64,000 nt of DNA from Candidatus Ozemobacteraceae bacterium. GTDB lineage: Bacteria > Muiribacteriota > Ozemobacteria > Ozemobacterales > Ozemobacteraceae. Position numbers and translations under genes: made by a program. The notes under the pieces were generated by a model, which worked only from the letters and a program-made list of their open reading frames with translations, searched no databases and was not told where the DNA came from. Position 1 is the stretch's first letter; each line of letters starts with the position of its first letter. Shown in pieces: positions 29,201-38,883 of the stretch. Location of the stretch: assembly GCA_035373905.1 (NCBI GenBank), contig DAOSOK010000013.1, forward strand, positions 51,579 through 115,578, given 5' to 3'.

Positions 29201-30183
29201 TTCGGGTTCCCTGGGCCGCCCGAACCGTCGGCGACGTAAACCGTGAAAGCGGCTTTGCCGGTTCCGCCCTTCCCGTCGTCTCCCGTCACCTCGACGACAT
29301 ACGTGCCTGCAACGGAAGGAGCCGTATACAGCGTGCTCTGGCCCTGGCTGTTGCTGAAACTTCCCGCCGTGCAGCTCCAGGCGAACTGGACGACGTCGCC
29401 GTCCGGATCGAGAGCCGTCGCAAACAGGCTTCCCTGACCGCCGGCGTTCAGCGACGAAAAAGCGGCGCTCACTTCGACGGTCGGGGCGTTATTTCGATTC
29501 ACGGCCGTGGATGGGGTGAGGGCGATCGTGACCGCCGTCTGGCCGGTGTCACGGAACGTGAGCAGGAAGATCCTGGTCTCGTATCCAGGAGCGGATACGG
29601 CGGCCTGCCAGGAACCCGGCGGAACCGGCCCGATCGACGCGTCCCCGCCCGCGCCGCTCGTGACGGATCGCCCCCACAGAGTGATTCTGGCACCCAGCAC
29701 GGCGGCGCCCGAATCGCGATTGAGAATCCGGAGCGTCAAAGTCCGAGCGGCATAGACGAGCTGGAGCGACGACGGCAATTGCCACGTCGCATACTGCGAC
29801 GAAACGCTGACGAGGTCCGAACGCTGCCTGTAGGCCTGGCCTCCCGCCGCAATTTCGGCGATCAGGTGCCACTTGCCGACCGGCACGTTCTGAATGAGAA
29901 ACTTTCCGTCGCCGTCGGTGACGGCCGTCAGATCAGGCCTCTCCTCGACGAACACCGTCGCGTTCGCCTGCCCGCCCCCGGCGGTTTGGGGAAGAAGCCC
30001 GGCCAGCGACTCCCTCGTGCTCCCAGAGACGGGCGCAAGTATTCTACCCTCTATATTTACAAGTGTCTGACCGACCGAAGGCGTCTGCCAATCTTCCGCG
30101 CCCCCGCCATTCGAACCGCATCCGGCGGCCACCAGAAGCAGGAGAAGGACGAACCCGAGACAGACGCCGGCCGAAAATCGCAT
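26290..30183 (-). CDS. giant secreted lipoprotein (about 1300 aa): carboxypeptidase-regulatory-like domains, about six DPDGD-type FN3/Ig-like beta-sandwich repeats, a Big/SbsA-type Ig domain, and a C-terminal Peptidase_MA-like HExxH domain
   Basis: Lipoprotein-like signal MRFSAGVCLGFVLLLLLVAAGC. Repeats of PxDGATGxxxxPTLxWxATDPDGDALxYDVFLG occur at least five times. Ig-like block TAPTLLSVVPAAGATGVATGTAITFTFSEPM. C-terminal YGTIAHEFQHMVNFYQ ... WLAEGEAKYAE is HExxH plus a downstream Glu, as in the Peptidase_MA_2 fold. Confidence 0.7.
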   Translation of the reverse strand: MRFSAGVCLGFVLLLLLVAAGCGSNGGGAEDWQTPSVGQTLVNIEGRILAPVSGSTRESLAGLLPQTAGGGQANATVFVEERPDLTAVTDGDGKFLIQNVPVGKWHLIAEIAAGGQAYRQRSDLVSVSSQYATWQLPSSLQLVYAARTLTLRILNRDSGAAVLGARITLWGRSVTSGAGGDASIGPVPPGSWQAAVSAPGYETRIFLLTFRDTGQTAVTIALTPSTAVNRNNAPTVEVSAAFSSLNAGGQGSLFATALDPDGDVVQFAWSCTAGSFSNSQGQSTLYTAPSVAGTYVVEVTGDDGKGGTGKAAFTVYVADGSGGPGNPNNQAPLKATSPMPADGATGQSVSPTLRWQATDPDGDALVYDVFLSKLGSPAVLIASNVATPYWQVSGLSVYQDYIWHVICRDTSGAISADYSQWQFTTGDGNNTLPYTPENPTPADQAQGQLPSILLMWIGGDPDPSDHVTYQVWLATGTQAPALATTTNFPVARLENLALGTTYSWKVVASDERSGVTTGPTWSFRTYDRPNNPPGDPAAVYPANGATGVETRPQLRWDATEPDGDAMTYDVFLGTTAPLPCVASGVTYKYLLVPAVLKNGTRYSWQVVAKDAGGMTNANPSVWTFTTTVQANGAPLAPTLNTPANAAAHVATQPTLSWTASDPDGDALTYDVFLGLNSTLSTPLVTGLTTPTYVPAALDAGQTYYWKVRASDGTASATSSTNSFTTLQAITADTTAPTLLSVVPAAGATGVATGTAITFTFSEPMSQTSVENAISFSPARSYATFWETPSILRLTPTTPFWPGAYQIVSLANNSATDLALNKLITGVQAGFTMAADLPLPTNFRSAGFPVTLSSGETAAVSVPNLGIGRTLLASVVGVEATSSFRISPNVVTTGEPVLPESFGATPEAAVRELERRLASLGMPDVDGAGPAASIRSSVVVGDERNFYITSYGNVATTTAFPNNVIRARCVGTSDQLYIYVDTSIGSPDYGLVSDIRLKFEEGIAAAVRDAYGNEPAKGPDNDTHLTILLTNAMRDGIIGLFYGADLYLNNPLDVQLRESNARKIIYARYSSSGLTNVVRYGTIAHEFQHMVNFYQKRLAMNGFEETWLAEGEAKYAEDIAGYGISAGDANTAQIIKMMQAQTAFDKMSLTNWYGIESYGLSYLFVRFLAEANRYGTTSREITRALSTGTKVGYQAIEAITNEPFSRTLGRFYLSLLLNRYNSAVSGDYGIKGLNLSGTNAGVQLIGMPVTTVGGSAVNTDVKGHGCRYFRRDGTAGETTLTLQNVVNRVQAWLLDQRP

Positions 30184-30255
30184 CGTCGGTGACAGAAGTG
30201 ATTCATTCCGGTCTTTCATCGCTCCCCATCATGCAGGAAATACCGACAAAAAACA

Positions 30256-30286
30256 AGTGGGGGAGGGTTTGAAACCCGGCCTCGAA
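30256..30286. repeat. degenerate family B palindrome (core gggtttgaaaccc) between the giant lipoprotein gene and the pseudopilin genes
   Basis: gggggagggtttgaaacccggcctc; the arms are only partly complementary. Confidence 0.3.
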
Positions 30287-30443
30287 GCGAACCGGTAGTG
30301 ATCGGTCATGACGGATCGTGTTGAGCCTTCGAGTCACGAAGGGTTCCCGGATACCCCAGGAGAGCGAACGGAATATCGATAGGTATCTGGAGGATTCGGT
30401 TGCATGACACCGATGTGAGTCGCATTCCCATTGCGACTGTTCG

Positions 30444-31880
30444 TCAGTTCCGCGACCTCTGTTCGCTCCCGATGAGGTCGATGTTCCCCTGCGCGAGGTC
30501 TCGGCTCTGGATGTAGGACTGCTTCACGACGGCGATGTCCACGAGGTCTTTGGCGGCGGAATACTGTTTCACCTCTTCCTTGGCATCGCCCGTGTTCATC
30601 CAGGTGAGATCGATTTTCGTCGAAGCCTCCTGGATCTTTCTCGCCTCCGCGGATCGCTTCTGAAAATCCGCATCCGACTCGGTGAAGGCGACTTCCCTGC
30701 CCTGACTGTCGTATTGGACCCCCTGCTTGATCTTCGACGCATCGAAACTTTCGAGAAGGCTCTTATAGGGAATCTCCTTCCCCTCGCTGTCCTTCTGCGG
30801 GTTTTTCTCGTAGGCCTCTTTCAGCGCGCGATCTTTCACCATCAGGTCATACGCCTGCCGATACGCCTGTTGCTCTTTCTGGTCGGACGGGAGTGTCGTG
30901 CCCGACGATTCGAGCGACCGCCTGAGAAATCTCTCCTCGTCGCGGTCGATGATCGTTCGCAGGGCCTTGACGTCGTTCTCCACGTCCTGGAGCTTGTCGT
31001 GCTTCAGGAGGTCTTCCTTGATCCTCGAGACGTCGGTATCCGTGCCGCCCCAGGTGAAGGGGTTATACCAGGTGGCCGCGCCTTTCGCATCGACGTCCTT
31101 CAACTGATCGTTGGTGTTGTTGATCTCCCTGTTTGCGTTACTCAACGATTCGGTTTCGCGCTGCATCATGAACGCAAGCTGTTGAGACGACATGTCCTTG
31201 AGCGCATCGGCCGTCAGCGTCGCCGAGAACATCGACGACTGGCCCTCGGTCCCGGTCATCTTTTCCGTCGCGTTCGTCAGCACCGCCATGGCGATCGAAC
31301 TCTTCACCGGCGCGGCCGCGATGAACTCGTTGCGCATCACGACGGTGGTCTTCTCGTTGTGCTCGATCATTTCCCGCGTCACCGGCACCTGCATCGCCCC
31401 GGTCAGGGAAATGTCGATCCGGGCCTGCGCGGTCTGCTGCATCCCGTCAGGCATCAGCGTGCCCGGTTCGGCCCCGCGGGCGAGATCGAAGGATTTCAGG
31501 TTCGAGCAAAGCAGTTTTTGCCCCTGGCCACCGACGTTGCGGTACAGTCTCGGTTTCCGGAATTCGTACACCACGTCGGCGACCCCCTTCGAGTCGATCC
31601 TGTTCGCGTCCTTGTTTTCGAGAAACCGCTGGAATTTGATCGTTCCCGAGTTCCCATCGGCAGCGCCGGCCACCTCCAGGGTGCCCGCCTTGATCGCCTT
31701 GAAATCGAGAGCTATCTGGTCGATGGTCTTGCGAATCTCGGACTGGAGCGCCTGCCGGGCGTTTGCCTTCGCGAAATTCCGCCGCGAGGCCGTCCAGACC
31801 TGGTAAGCGCCGCCGAGGACGACGCTGGAAAGAAGAACGCCGATCATCACTTCGACGAGGGTCACACCAGATTTGCGCAT
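30444..31880 (-). CDS. large pseudopilin (prepilin-type N-terminal cleavage/methylation domain, GspJ/PilW-like), 478 aa
   Basis: N-terminus MRKSG|VTLVEVMIGVLLSSVVLGGAYQVW has the class III signal with Glu at +5, then a long periplasmic region. GGGAG RBS. Confidence 0.65.
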   Translation of the reverse strand: MRKSGVTLVEVMIGVLLSSVVLGGAYQVWTASRRNFAKANARQALQSEIRKTIDQIALDFKAIKAGTLEVAGAADGNSGTIKFQRFLENKDANRIDSKGVADVVYEFRKPRLYRNVGGQGQKLLCSNLKSFDLARGAEPGTLMPDGMQQTAQARIDISLTGAMQVPVTREMIEHNEKTTVVMRNEFIAAAPVKSSIAMAVLTNATEKMTGTEGQSSMFSATLTADALKDMSSQQLAFMMQRETESLSNANREINNTNDQLKDVDAKGAATWYNPFTWGGTDTDVSRIKEDLLKHDKLQDVENDVKALRTIIDRDEERFLRRSLESSGTTLPSDQKEQQAYRQAYDLMVKDRALKEAYEKNPQKDSEGKEIPYKSLLESFDASKIKQGVQYDSQGREVAFTESDADFQKRSAEARKIQEASTKIDLTWMNTGDAKEEVKQYSAAKDLVDIAVVKQSYIQSRDLAQGNIDLIGSEQRSRN

Positions 31881-31907
31881 GTTCCGTCTCCCTTCGCGTG
31901 CGTCCGG

Positions 31908-32393
31908 TCAGTCGGATTCGGTATTATATATAGCATTAGATATACGCACCTGCCGCACGCCGGTCTTGTCGCCTTCGGTCCACCGGGCGTCGACCTGAAT
32001 CCAGACCTCTCGAATCGTTTCGGGCTCGTTGGGTCGCACTCTTCCCTTGCGGACCTTCAGCTTTCCTTCCCACTTGAGATCTTTCAGCTGCGAAGCGAAC
32101 TCGGCGAGAGATTCCTTCGTTTTCGGGTAGTAGTTTTCGTTCAGGACCTCCCAGGTGTTGTCCGCAAGCCCATCGTAGTCCTTGACGATCGTCTTCATGG
32201 GAACGAACTTGCACTCCTCGACGAGTCCCAGCGCCAGCCGCATGGCTTTCGAGTAGTTGTTTACCTTCACGGTGGACTTGGACCCGTATTGGATCGTCGA
32301 AAGCACCGGCAGCAGCGCTGCCGCCAGGATGAACACCGCGATCATGATCTCGATGAAGGTCACGCCGCGATACGTTGCCGCAATGCGTCTCAT
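31908..32393 (-). CDS. minor pseudopilin (GspH/I-like), 161 aa
   Basis: MRRIAATYRG|VTFIEIMIAVFILAAALLPVL with Glu at +5. Start overlaps the stop of the upstream gene by 4 nt (ATGA). The longer listed ORF is an upstream read-through without protein-like composition. Confidence 0.65.
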   Translation of the reverse strand: MRRIAATYRGVTFIEIMIAVFILAAALLPVLSTIQYGSKSTVKVNNYSKAMRLALGLVEECKFVPMKTIVKDYDGLADNTWEVLNENYYPKTKESLAEFASQLKDLKWEGKLKVRKGRVRPNEPETIREVWIQVDARWTEGDKTGVRQVRISNAIYNTESD

Positions 32394-35002
32394 TGGATCC
32401 TCCAGGCTTCCCAGCCGGGGGTGAGCGTCACCTGATACCGCTCGGGATCGTATTTCCCATGCTTCGGGTGGATCGAGTTCAGCGAGGCTCTCGTCTTGTA
32501 GCCGACGTAGGTGATCTTCACGGCACCTTGCGCGGAAGCCTTGTTGAACGTGTTCGTGATCCAGTTGCCCCTGATTTCCAGTCGCTTGTCGGGGAAAATC
32601 GCCAGGCCCTTGTCGGTATAGAGCGAGCCTTCGAACCGGACGGGATCGCTCGGCGCTCCTTCGTCGAGAATCACTCCGCCGCGCCGAGCGATAAGACTGA
32701 AGACCGTGCGTGGCGTGCCGGCCACCGTTTCCTGCGCCTCGTCGTACGGATCCTCGATATTGCCGTGAAGCGTGACGTTTCCGCCCGAGACGATCGAGCC
32801 GCGGCCGTAGACGTTGAACGTCGTGGAGCCGGGCGGCGGAAGGGTCAGGTTGTCGGCGACGAATGTGATACCGTTGAGGCGATAGCATTCCTTGCCGTTG
32901 ATCGCGATCGTTCTGTTCGGCAGATCGGCGAGGAAGTCCCGCTCGGTCGCGTAGTAATACGTCGCCTTCTTCGCATACTGCTCGATGGAATACAGGTTCG
33001 GCGGGGAGTTCTCGAGCTGGGATGGATCGTAGACCGTGACCGCGCCGTCCGGTTCCTTGCTCGCGTTCTCGGTCGCTTTCATCGGGTAAAAACTGTACTC
33101 GTATTTTTCACAGACATCGTGGGTGTGAACGAGCGGAATGGGGACCGGCGGCAGGTTGATGACTCCCGTGATCGGAATCTGTTTCCCGACCGGGAACGGC
33201 CCCATGGGATACCCCATGATCGTGAAATGCCACTGTTCGAACCGCTTCAGCACGCAGCCCTCGATCTCGCGGGTCATGGTCGGATACAGGGCGCCGGGCC
33301 CGAACAGGTGCGTCACGGTCGAGCCGAACGCCGGCATGGGAACCGGAAGGCCGACGCCCATGAACGAGAGTGGCCCGCCGCTGTGCGGCCAGTCCCACTT
33401 CTCGAACGGATCGAGCGATCCGAGGGGACCGGGAAGCGGCACCAGGTGCAGAGCCGGTTCGAACACCGTGCAGCCGTTCACTTTCGGAATGATGTTGAAC
33501 ATACCCGCAATATTGCTCGCGATATTCTTGAGGGTACTCGTTTTGTTCGTTCCCGCGGGAGGGGCGGGAGGGTTCGGGTTGATGGCCTTGATCACGTTCG
33601 TCTTTACGGAGTTGTACCCGGCCTCGACGCCGTTGAGCGCGTTGTCGACCCCGGCCTTCAGGCCCTTCACCTCGGTCGGAACGGGGGTCGTCGTCTGGTT
33701 GTGCGGCTCACGGCTGTAGATCGAAAACTCCTTCTGCGGCATCGAGATTTTGGCATCGGTGATGAGGAGCATTTCCGATACGCGGGCGAAGTTGAAGACG
33801 TCGCCGCTCATCGGATTCCCGTAAAACGAGACGTTGCACAGGGTCGGCTTCGTGCCGTTCACCCGGATCAGCCCGGGAAACACGTAGAATTCACCCGCCT
33901 CCTTGGCCAGGAGCCCCTTCATATTCGGAAAATTCTGGACCGTCAGCGGCCCCCCGGCATCGTTGAACACGATCTTGTCGTCGTTCAGGTTCGAAATGAA
34001 GAAACTGTAGCAGGGTGCCACCGGTTCGATGTCGGCGCATTTGAACTCCTTGGTGGCGAGAACATGCTTCGTCGTGGTTTTCGAATCCCCGTAGGTGATC
34101 GAGGCTTCGGCATCGATCGTGAGATACCCGTATTTTTCGACGCACTGGTTCTCGGAAAATGCCGGCACTGTTGCTCCGCCGAGCTTGGCGGCAAGCGGGG
34201 GAAACGTCCCCGCCGCAAGATGAATCTCATAGGGATACAGATCGTCCGGGAGAATTTTGCTCAAAAGGCCGTCGAAGGTGACGAAGCCCTTGATCTGGCT
34301 GGACCAGCTGTCGGGAAACACCCTCAGCATCACGTCGATCAGATCGATGTTCAGAAACGGCAGGCCGAGGTTGATATTGAGCGACAGCCATCTCGCGCTT
34401 TCCGGCAGGGAGAGTGTGAGAGCGGTATAGCCTTTGTTGTCGAGGAAATCCATCAGACCGGAATGGACGGCATACTCACAGTCGACGCCGGGAACCTTGT
34501 ATTTGTCGGCCCCCGACTCGGGCCCGGGAGCTATTTTCAGGGCCTTGTCGAGCTTGAGGGTGATCTTCACGTCGTAGGGGGTGCCGGCTTTTCCGACCAT
34601 GAACTCGACCATCTCGTCGAGTTCTCTCGTTTCGGGGGTCTGCAACTGGTCCTTGCCGAGAATCACCGGTGCGCCCACGGCCGAGACGTCGAGAGGAAGA
34701 TCGTTGCCGAGCACGTTGCCGAGGCCGTCGTAGGAACCGCCTTGCGTCTGCATCGGAAGCCGGAGCCGGTTGGCCAGCGACGTCGGATCCTTCATCTTTT
34801 CGGGATCGTTCAGGTCTTTGGCGAGAATCGACATTGCGCGCTCGAGCGCCGCTTCGGCGAGACACTGGGCGTGAATCGCACGATGCGACCGCTCGGTCAG
34901 GTAGGTTTCCTCGACGGTGTCGCGCATGAAAAACGTCGCGACGGTGAAAATGACGGCAAGGATTCCGATGATGATCAGGAAAACGTTGCCACGGTTTTTC
35001 AT
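32390..35002 (-). CDS. giant GspK/PilX-like protein (870 aa): pseudopilin-like N-terminus lacking Glu+5 plus a large extracellular region
   Basis: MKNRG|NVFLIIIGILAVIFTVATFF is a hydrophobic class III-like segment without E+5, the pattern typical of GspK. The remainder is Gly/Asn/Thr/Pro-rich and beta-rich. Protein-like composition versus the Arg/Gly-rich antisense ORF. Confidence 0.5.
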   Translation of the reverse strand: MKNRGNVFLIIIGILAVIFTVATFFMRDTVEETYLTERSHRAIHAQCLAEAALERAMSILAKDLNDPEKMKDPTSLANRLRLPMQTQGGSYDGLGNVLGNDLPLDVSAVGAPVILGKDQLQTPETRELDEMVEFMVGKAGTPYDVKITLKLDKALKIAPGPESGADKYKVPGVDCEYAVHSGLMDFLDNKGYTALTLSLPESARWLSLNINLGLPFLNIDLIDVMLRVFPDSWSSQIKGFVTFDGLLSKILPDDLYPYEIHLAAGTFPPLAAKLGGATVPAFSENQCVEKYGYLTIDAEASITYGDSKTTTKHVLATKEFKCADIEPVAPCYSFFISNLNDDKIVFNDAGGPLTVQNFPNMKGLLAKEAGEFYVFPGLIRVNGTKPTLCNVSFYGNPMSGDVFNFARVSEMLLITDAKISMPQKEFSIYSREPHNQTTTPVPTEVKGLKAGVDNALNGVEAGYNSVKTNVIKAINPNPPAPPAGTNKTSTLKNIASNIAGMFNIIPKVNGCTVFEPALHLVPLPGPLGSLDPFEKWDWPHSGGPLSFMGVGLPVPMPAFGSTVTHLFGPGALYPTMTREIEGCVLKRFEQWHFTIMGYPMGPFPVGKQIPITGVINLPPVPIPLVHTHDVCEKYEYSFYPMKATENASKEPDGAVTVYDPSQLENSPPNLYSIEQYAKKATYYYATERDFLADLPNRTIAINGKECYRLNGITFVADNLTLPPPGSTTFNVYGRGSIVSGGNVTLHGNIEDPYDEAQETVAGTPRTVFSLIARRGGVILDEGAPSDPVRFEGSLYTDKGLAIFPDKRLEIRGNWITNTFNKASAQGAVKITYVGYKTRASLNSIHPKHGKYDPERYQVTLTPGWEAWRIQ

Positions 35003-35048
35003 GACTCCCCTCCGTTGATGTGCCCGGGAAGCTGGACGGCGCCCCCCA

Positions 35049-35846
35049 TCATTTCGCCTGGTGCGGCGCCGAGAGCAGGTTCAGATTCGACAGGATGTTC
35101 GAGGTCTGGTCCATGAGTTGACGGGATCCCACCGGCATACCCGGACGACCTGTATACTCCTGGAGATACTGCCTCACGGAAGGATCCTGGGAGTATTTTG
35201 CGATCAGATCCGGGGATTTTCGCACAAACTCCATGCAGCCTCTCATATACTGAGCAATATTGCTCATCTCGGGAATCCGGCGCATGATCTCGAGCAGACG
35301 CGCGAATTCCTTCTCTTCGAGGTCTTTCATCCCGTTCGCCTGGTAATACCGGCACAACCGGTGGGACGCGGCAAAATGGAGGAAGGGGTTGTCCGTTTCG
35401 TCCTCGAGAATGCCCTGGAGGATTTTCACCGCCTCGACCGGACTCCCCTGCTCGAAGAGGAAGCCGGCCCGCCGAATGAGCGGATTGTACTGGGCCTGAA
35501 GGTATTCCTTCGCCGTCGGTGGATACCCGTCGAACATCCGCGCCGGCGGCGGGGCGCTCATGACCCTCTGAACAACGTCGTTCCACTGCTTGTCGACCTT
35601 CGGCGGAGCGCTCACGGCGGCGGCGACCTGCTTCCCTCCGCCAGATTTCTGGATGAAAGAAAAGCCTCCGCGTCCGCTTGCCAAGCGCTCCTTCACGGTA
35701 CCCGACGAAAATCCGCCCTTCGGTCCGCGCGACTGGTACACCAGAAAAATCACGGGTATGACCAGTAGAATCAGACCGACCACAAGCACCCGAACATCGC
35801 TCGGATCTATTTTTTCGAGCGGGTGTTTCTTCTCGTCGTTGCTCAT
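35049..35846 (-). CDS. membrane-anchored hypothetical protein, first gene of the pseudopilin operon
   Basis: MSNDEKKHPLEKIDPSDVRVLVVGLILLVIPVIFLVY is a single N-terminal TM, followed by a helical soluble domain. Confidence 0.45.
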   Translation of the reverse strand: MSNDEKKHPLEKIDPSDVRVLVVGLILLVIPVIFLVYQSRGPKGGFSSGTVKERLASGRGGFSFIQKSGGGKQVAAAVSAPPKVDKQWNDVVQRVMSAPPPARMFDGYPPTAKEYLQAQYNPLIRRAGFLFEQGSPVEAVKILQGILEDETDNPFLHFAASHRLCRYYQANGMKDLEEKEFARLLEIMRRIPEMSNIAQYMRGCMEFVRKSPDLIAKYSQDPSVRQYLQEYTGRPGMPVGSRQLMDQTSNILSNLNLLSAPHQAK

Positions 35847-36019
35847 CTTCCTCTCACTGTTCGCCCCGTGAGCCCCTTTCGGAATGGATGGTCATCCGCT
35901 GCGTTCATAGTAACATTCTTATTTTTTCCCGCAAAGAGCATTTGTTACAAATTTTCCTCCTCTCCATCCGTTTCTCTGCTCTCGCTTGGCCTTTCGAGGA
36001 AGACATACCGCAAAATTTC

Positions 36020-36062
36020 GCCCCCCGTTCGTGTTGAGCCTGAAAAACGAACGGCCCACCTT
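36020..36062. repeat. REP-like element, family A, copy 5 (short hairpin variant)
   Basis: ccgttcgtgttgagcctgaaaaacgaacgg: stem ccgttcgt/acgaacgg around a family A-like loop. Confidence 0.45.
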
Positions 36063-36294
36063 CCCTTGCCACATCAGACTTCGGGAAAGGCGCGGATGAG
36101 CAGGAGAACTCAACCCGCATGGCTTAAAATGAGACGGAGATACCAACCGAACGGTTCAGTTTTTATTACCTCACGATTTCGTGAGAAATACGACGTAAAT
36201 AAACGTATTATTTTATAAAATGCTTATAATCGTGTTTTTTTAAAATTCTTCGGGATTTCCATTGGAGCGAGGTGTACCGTATTAATACGACCTG

Positions 36295-36321
36295 TTAGCA
36301 CTCGGCGTTGGCGAGTGCTAA
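36295..36321 (+). promoter_or_regulatory. CIRCE operator (HrcA binding site) upstream of groES1
   Basis: TTAGCACTC-ggcgttggc-GAGTGCTAA is a perfect match to the CIRCE consensus TTAGCACTC-N9-GAGTGCTAA, 37 nt upstream of the groES1 ATG. An AT-rich promoter-like stretch (gcTTATAAT, 36207-36222) lies upstream. Confidence 0.85.
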
Positions 36322-36357
36322 CAAAAAAAGAAAACCACGCACACCCGGAGGAACTCA

Positions 36358-36644
36358 TGAACATTCACCCCCTCGGCAACCGAGTTCTGATCGAACTCCT
36401 CGAAAAGGAAGCGAAGACCAAGGGCGGCGTCTTTCTGCCCGAGACCGCTTCCAAGGAGCGCCCGATGCGCGGCAAGGTCATCGCCGTCGGCGCCGGCGCC
36501 CGCAACAAGAAAGGGACGCTGATCCCCATGCAAGTCAAGGTCGGCTCCAGCGTCGTTTACTCGCAGTATGCGGGTGACGAATTCGAGATCGAAGGCAAAA
36601 AGCTTCTTCTTATCAAGGAAGACGAGATCCTGGCCATCGAGTAA
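36358..36644 (+). CDS. groES: co-chaperonin GroES (copy 1)
   Basis: MNIHPLGNRVLIELLEKEAKTKGGVFLPETA..., 95 aa, GGAGG RBS. Confidence 0.9.
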
Positions 36645-36704
36645 TCCCCGTAATTCCCGGTCGCGGTCCGCGGCCGATATCACGTACCAAAGGAGACACA
36701 CACA

Positions 36705-38372
<1,668 letters not shown>

Positions 38373-38400
38373 TCCCCGAAACCGCCGGGAAACGACAAAC

Positions 38401-38464
38401 CACGGAGTCACGGAGACACGGAGAATGAAATGTTCCCAAAACTCTGTGCATCTGTGACTCTGTG
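38401..38464 (+). other. long imperfect RNA hairpin between groEL1 and groES2 (candidate processing/attenuation structure)
   Basis: cacggagtcacggagacacggag [18-nt loop] ctctgtgcatctgtgactctgtg. This is a 23-nt stem with 21 pairs when G-U wobbles are allowed. The first arm is a three-fold cacggag direct repeat. No downstream T-run. Confidence 0.4.
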
Positions 38465-38538
38465 ATGAATCGTTCCCGTCGTATCTCGATCATTCAGCTA
38501 CATTCATCAATAATCAAATATATCAGGAGGAATTTGAA

Positions 38539-38835
38539 ATGGCTTTCAATCTGACCCCTCTCAACGACCGCATCATCGTGAAACCCCGCGAGGCCCTGGA
38601 AAAGACCAAGGGTGGCGTCATCCTTCCCGAGACCGCTTCCAAAGAGAAGCCGATGGAAGGCACCGTCATCGCCGTCGGCCCCGGCAAGGTCTCCGACAAC
38701 GGCACCCGCGTGGCTCCCGAGGTCAAGAAGGATCAGCGCGTGATTTTCGCCAAGTATTCCGGCACCGAGATCAAGATCGACGACGACACCTATCTGATCC
38801 TGCGCGAAGAGGACATTCTTGCGATCATCAACTGA
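38539..38835 (+). CDS. groES: co-chaperonin GroES (copy 2)
   Basis: [33 protein letters not shown]..., 98 aa, AGGAGG RBS. Confidence 0.9.
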   Translation: MAFNLTPLNDRIIVKPREALEKTKGGVILPETASKEKPMEGTVIAVGPGKVSDNGTRVAPEVKKDQRVIFAKYSGTEIKIDDDTYLILREEDILAIIN

Positions 38836-38883
38836 TCGTCCGTCATCTCACCCGCATAAGTATTATATAAGGAGATATTGATA

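Noticed and set aside
32375-35116. 913-aa plus-strand ORF
   Set aside because: Arg/Gly/Val/Asp-rich low-complexity translation typical of the antisense frame of a high-GC gene. The minus-strand 870-aa ORF has a pseudopilin-like N-terminus and protein-like composition.
38401-38423. cacggag x3 direct repeats considered as a mini CRISPR/tandem repeat
   Set aside because: Only three 7-nt units with no spacers of unique sequence. They form the arm of an RNA hairpin instead (reported as a finding).
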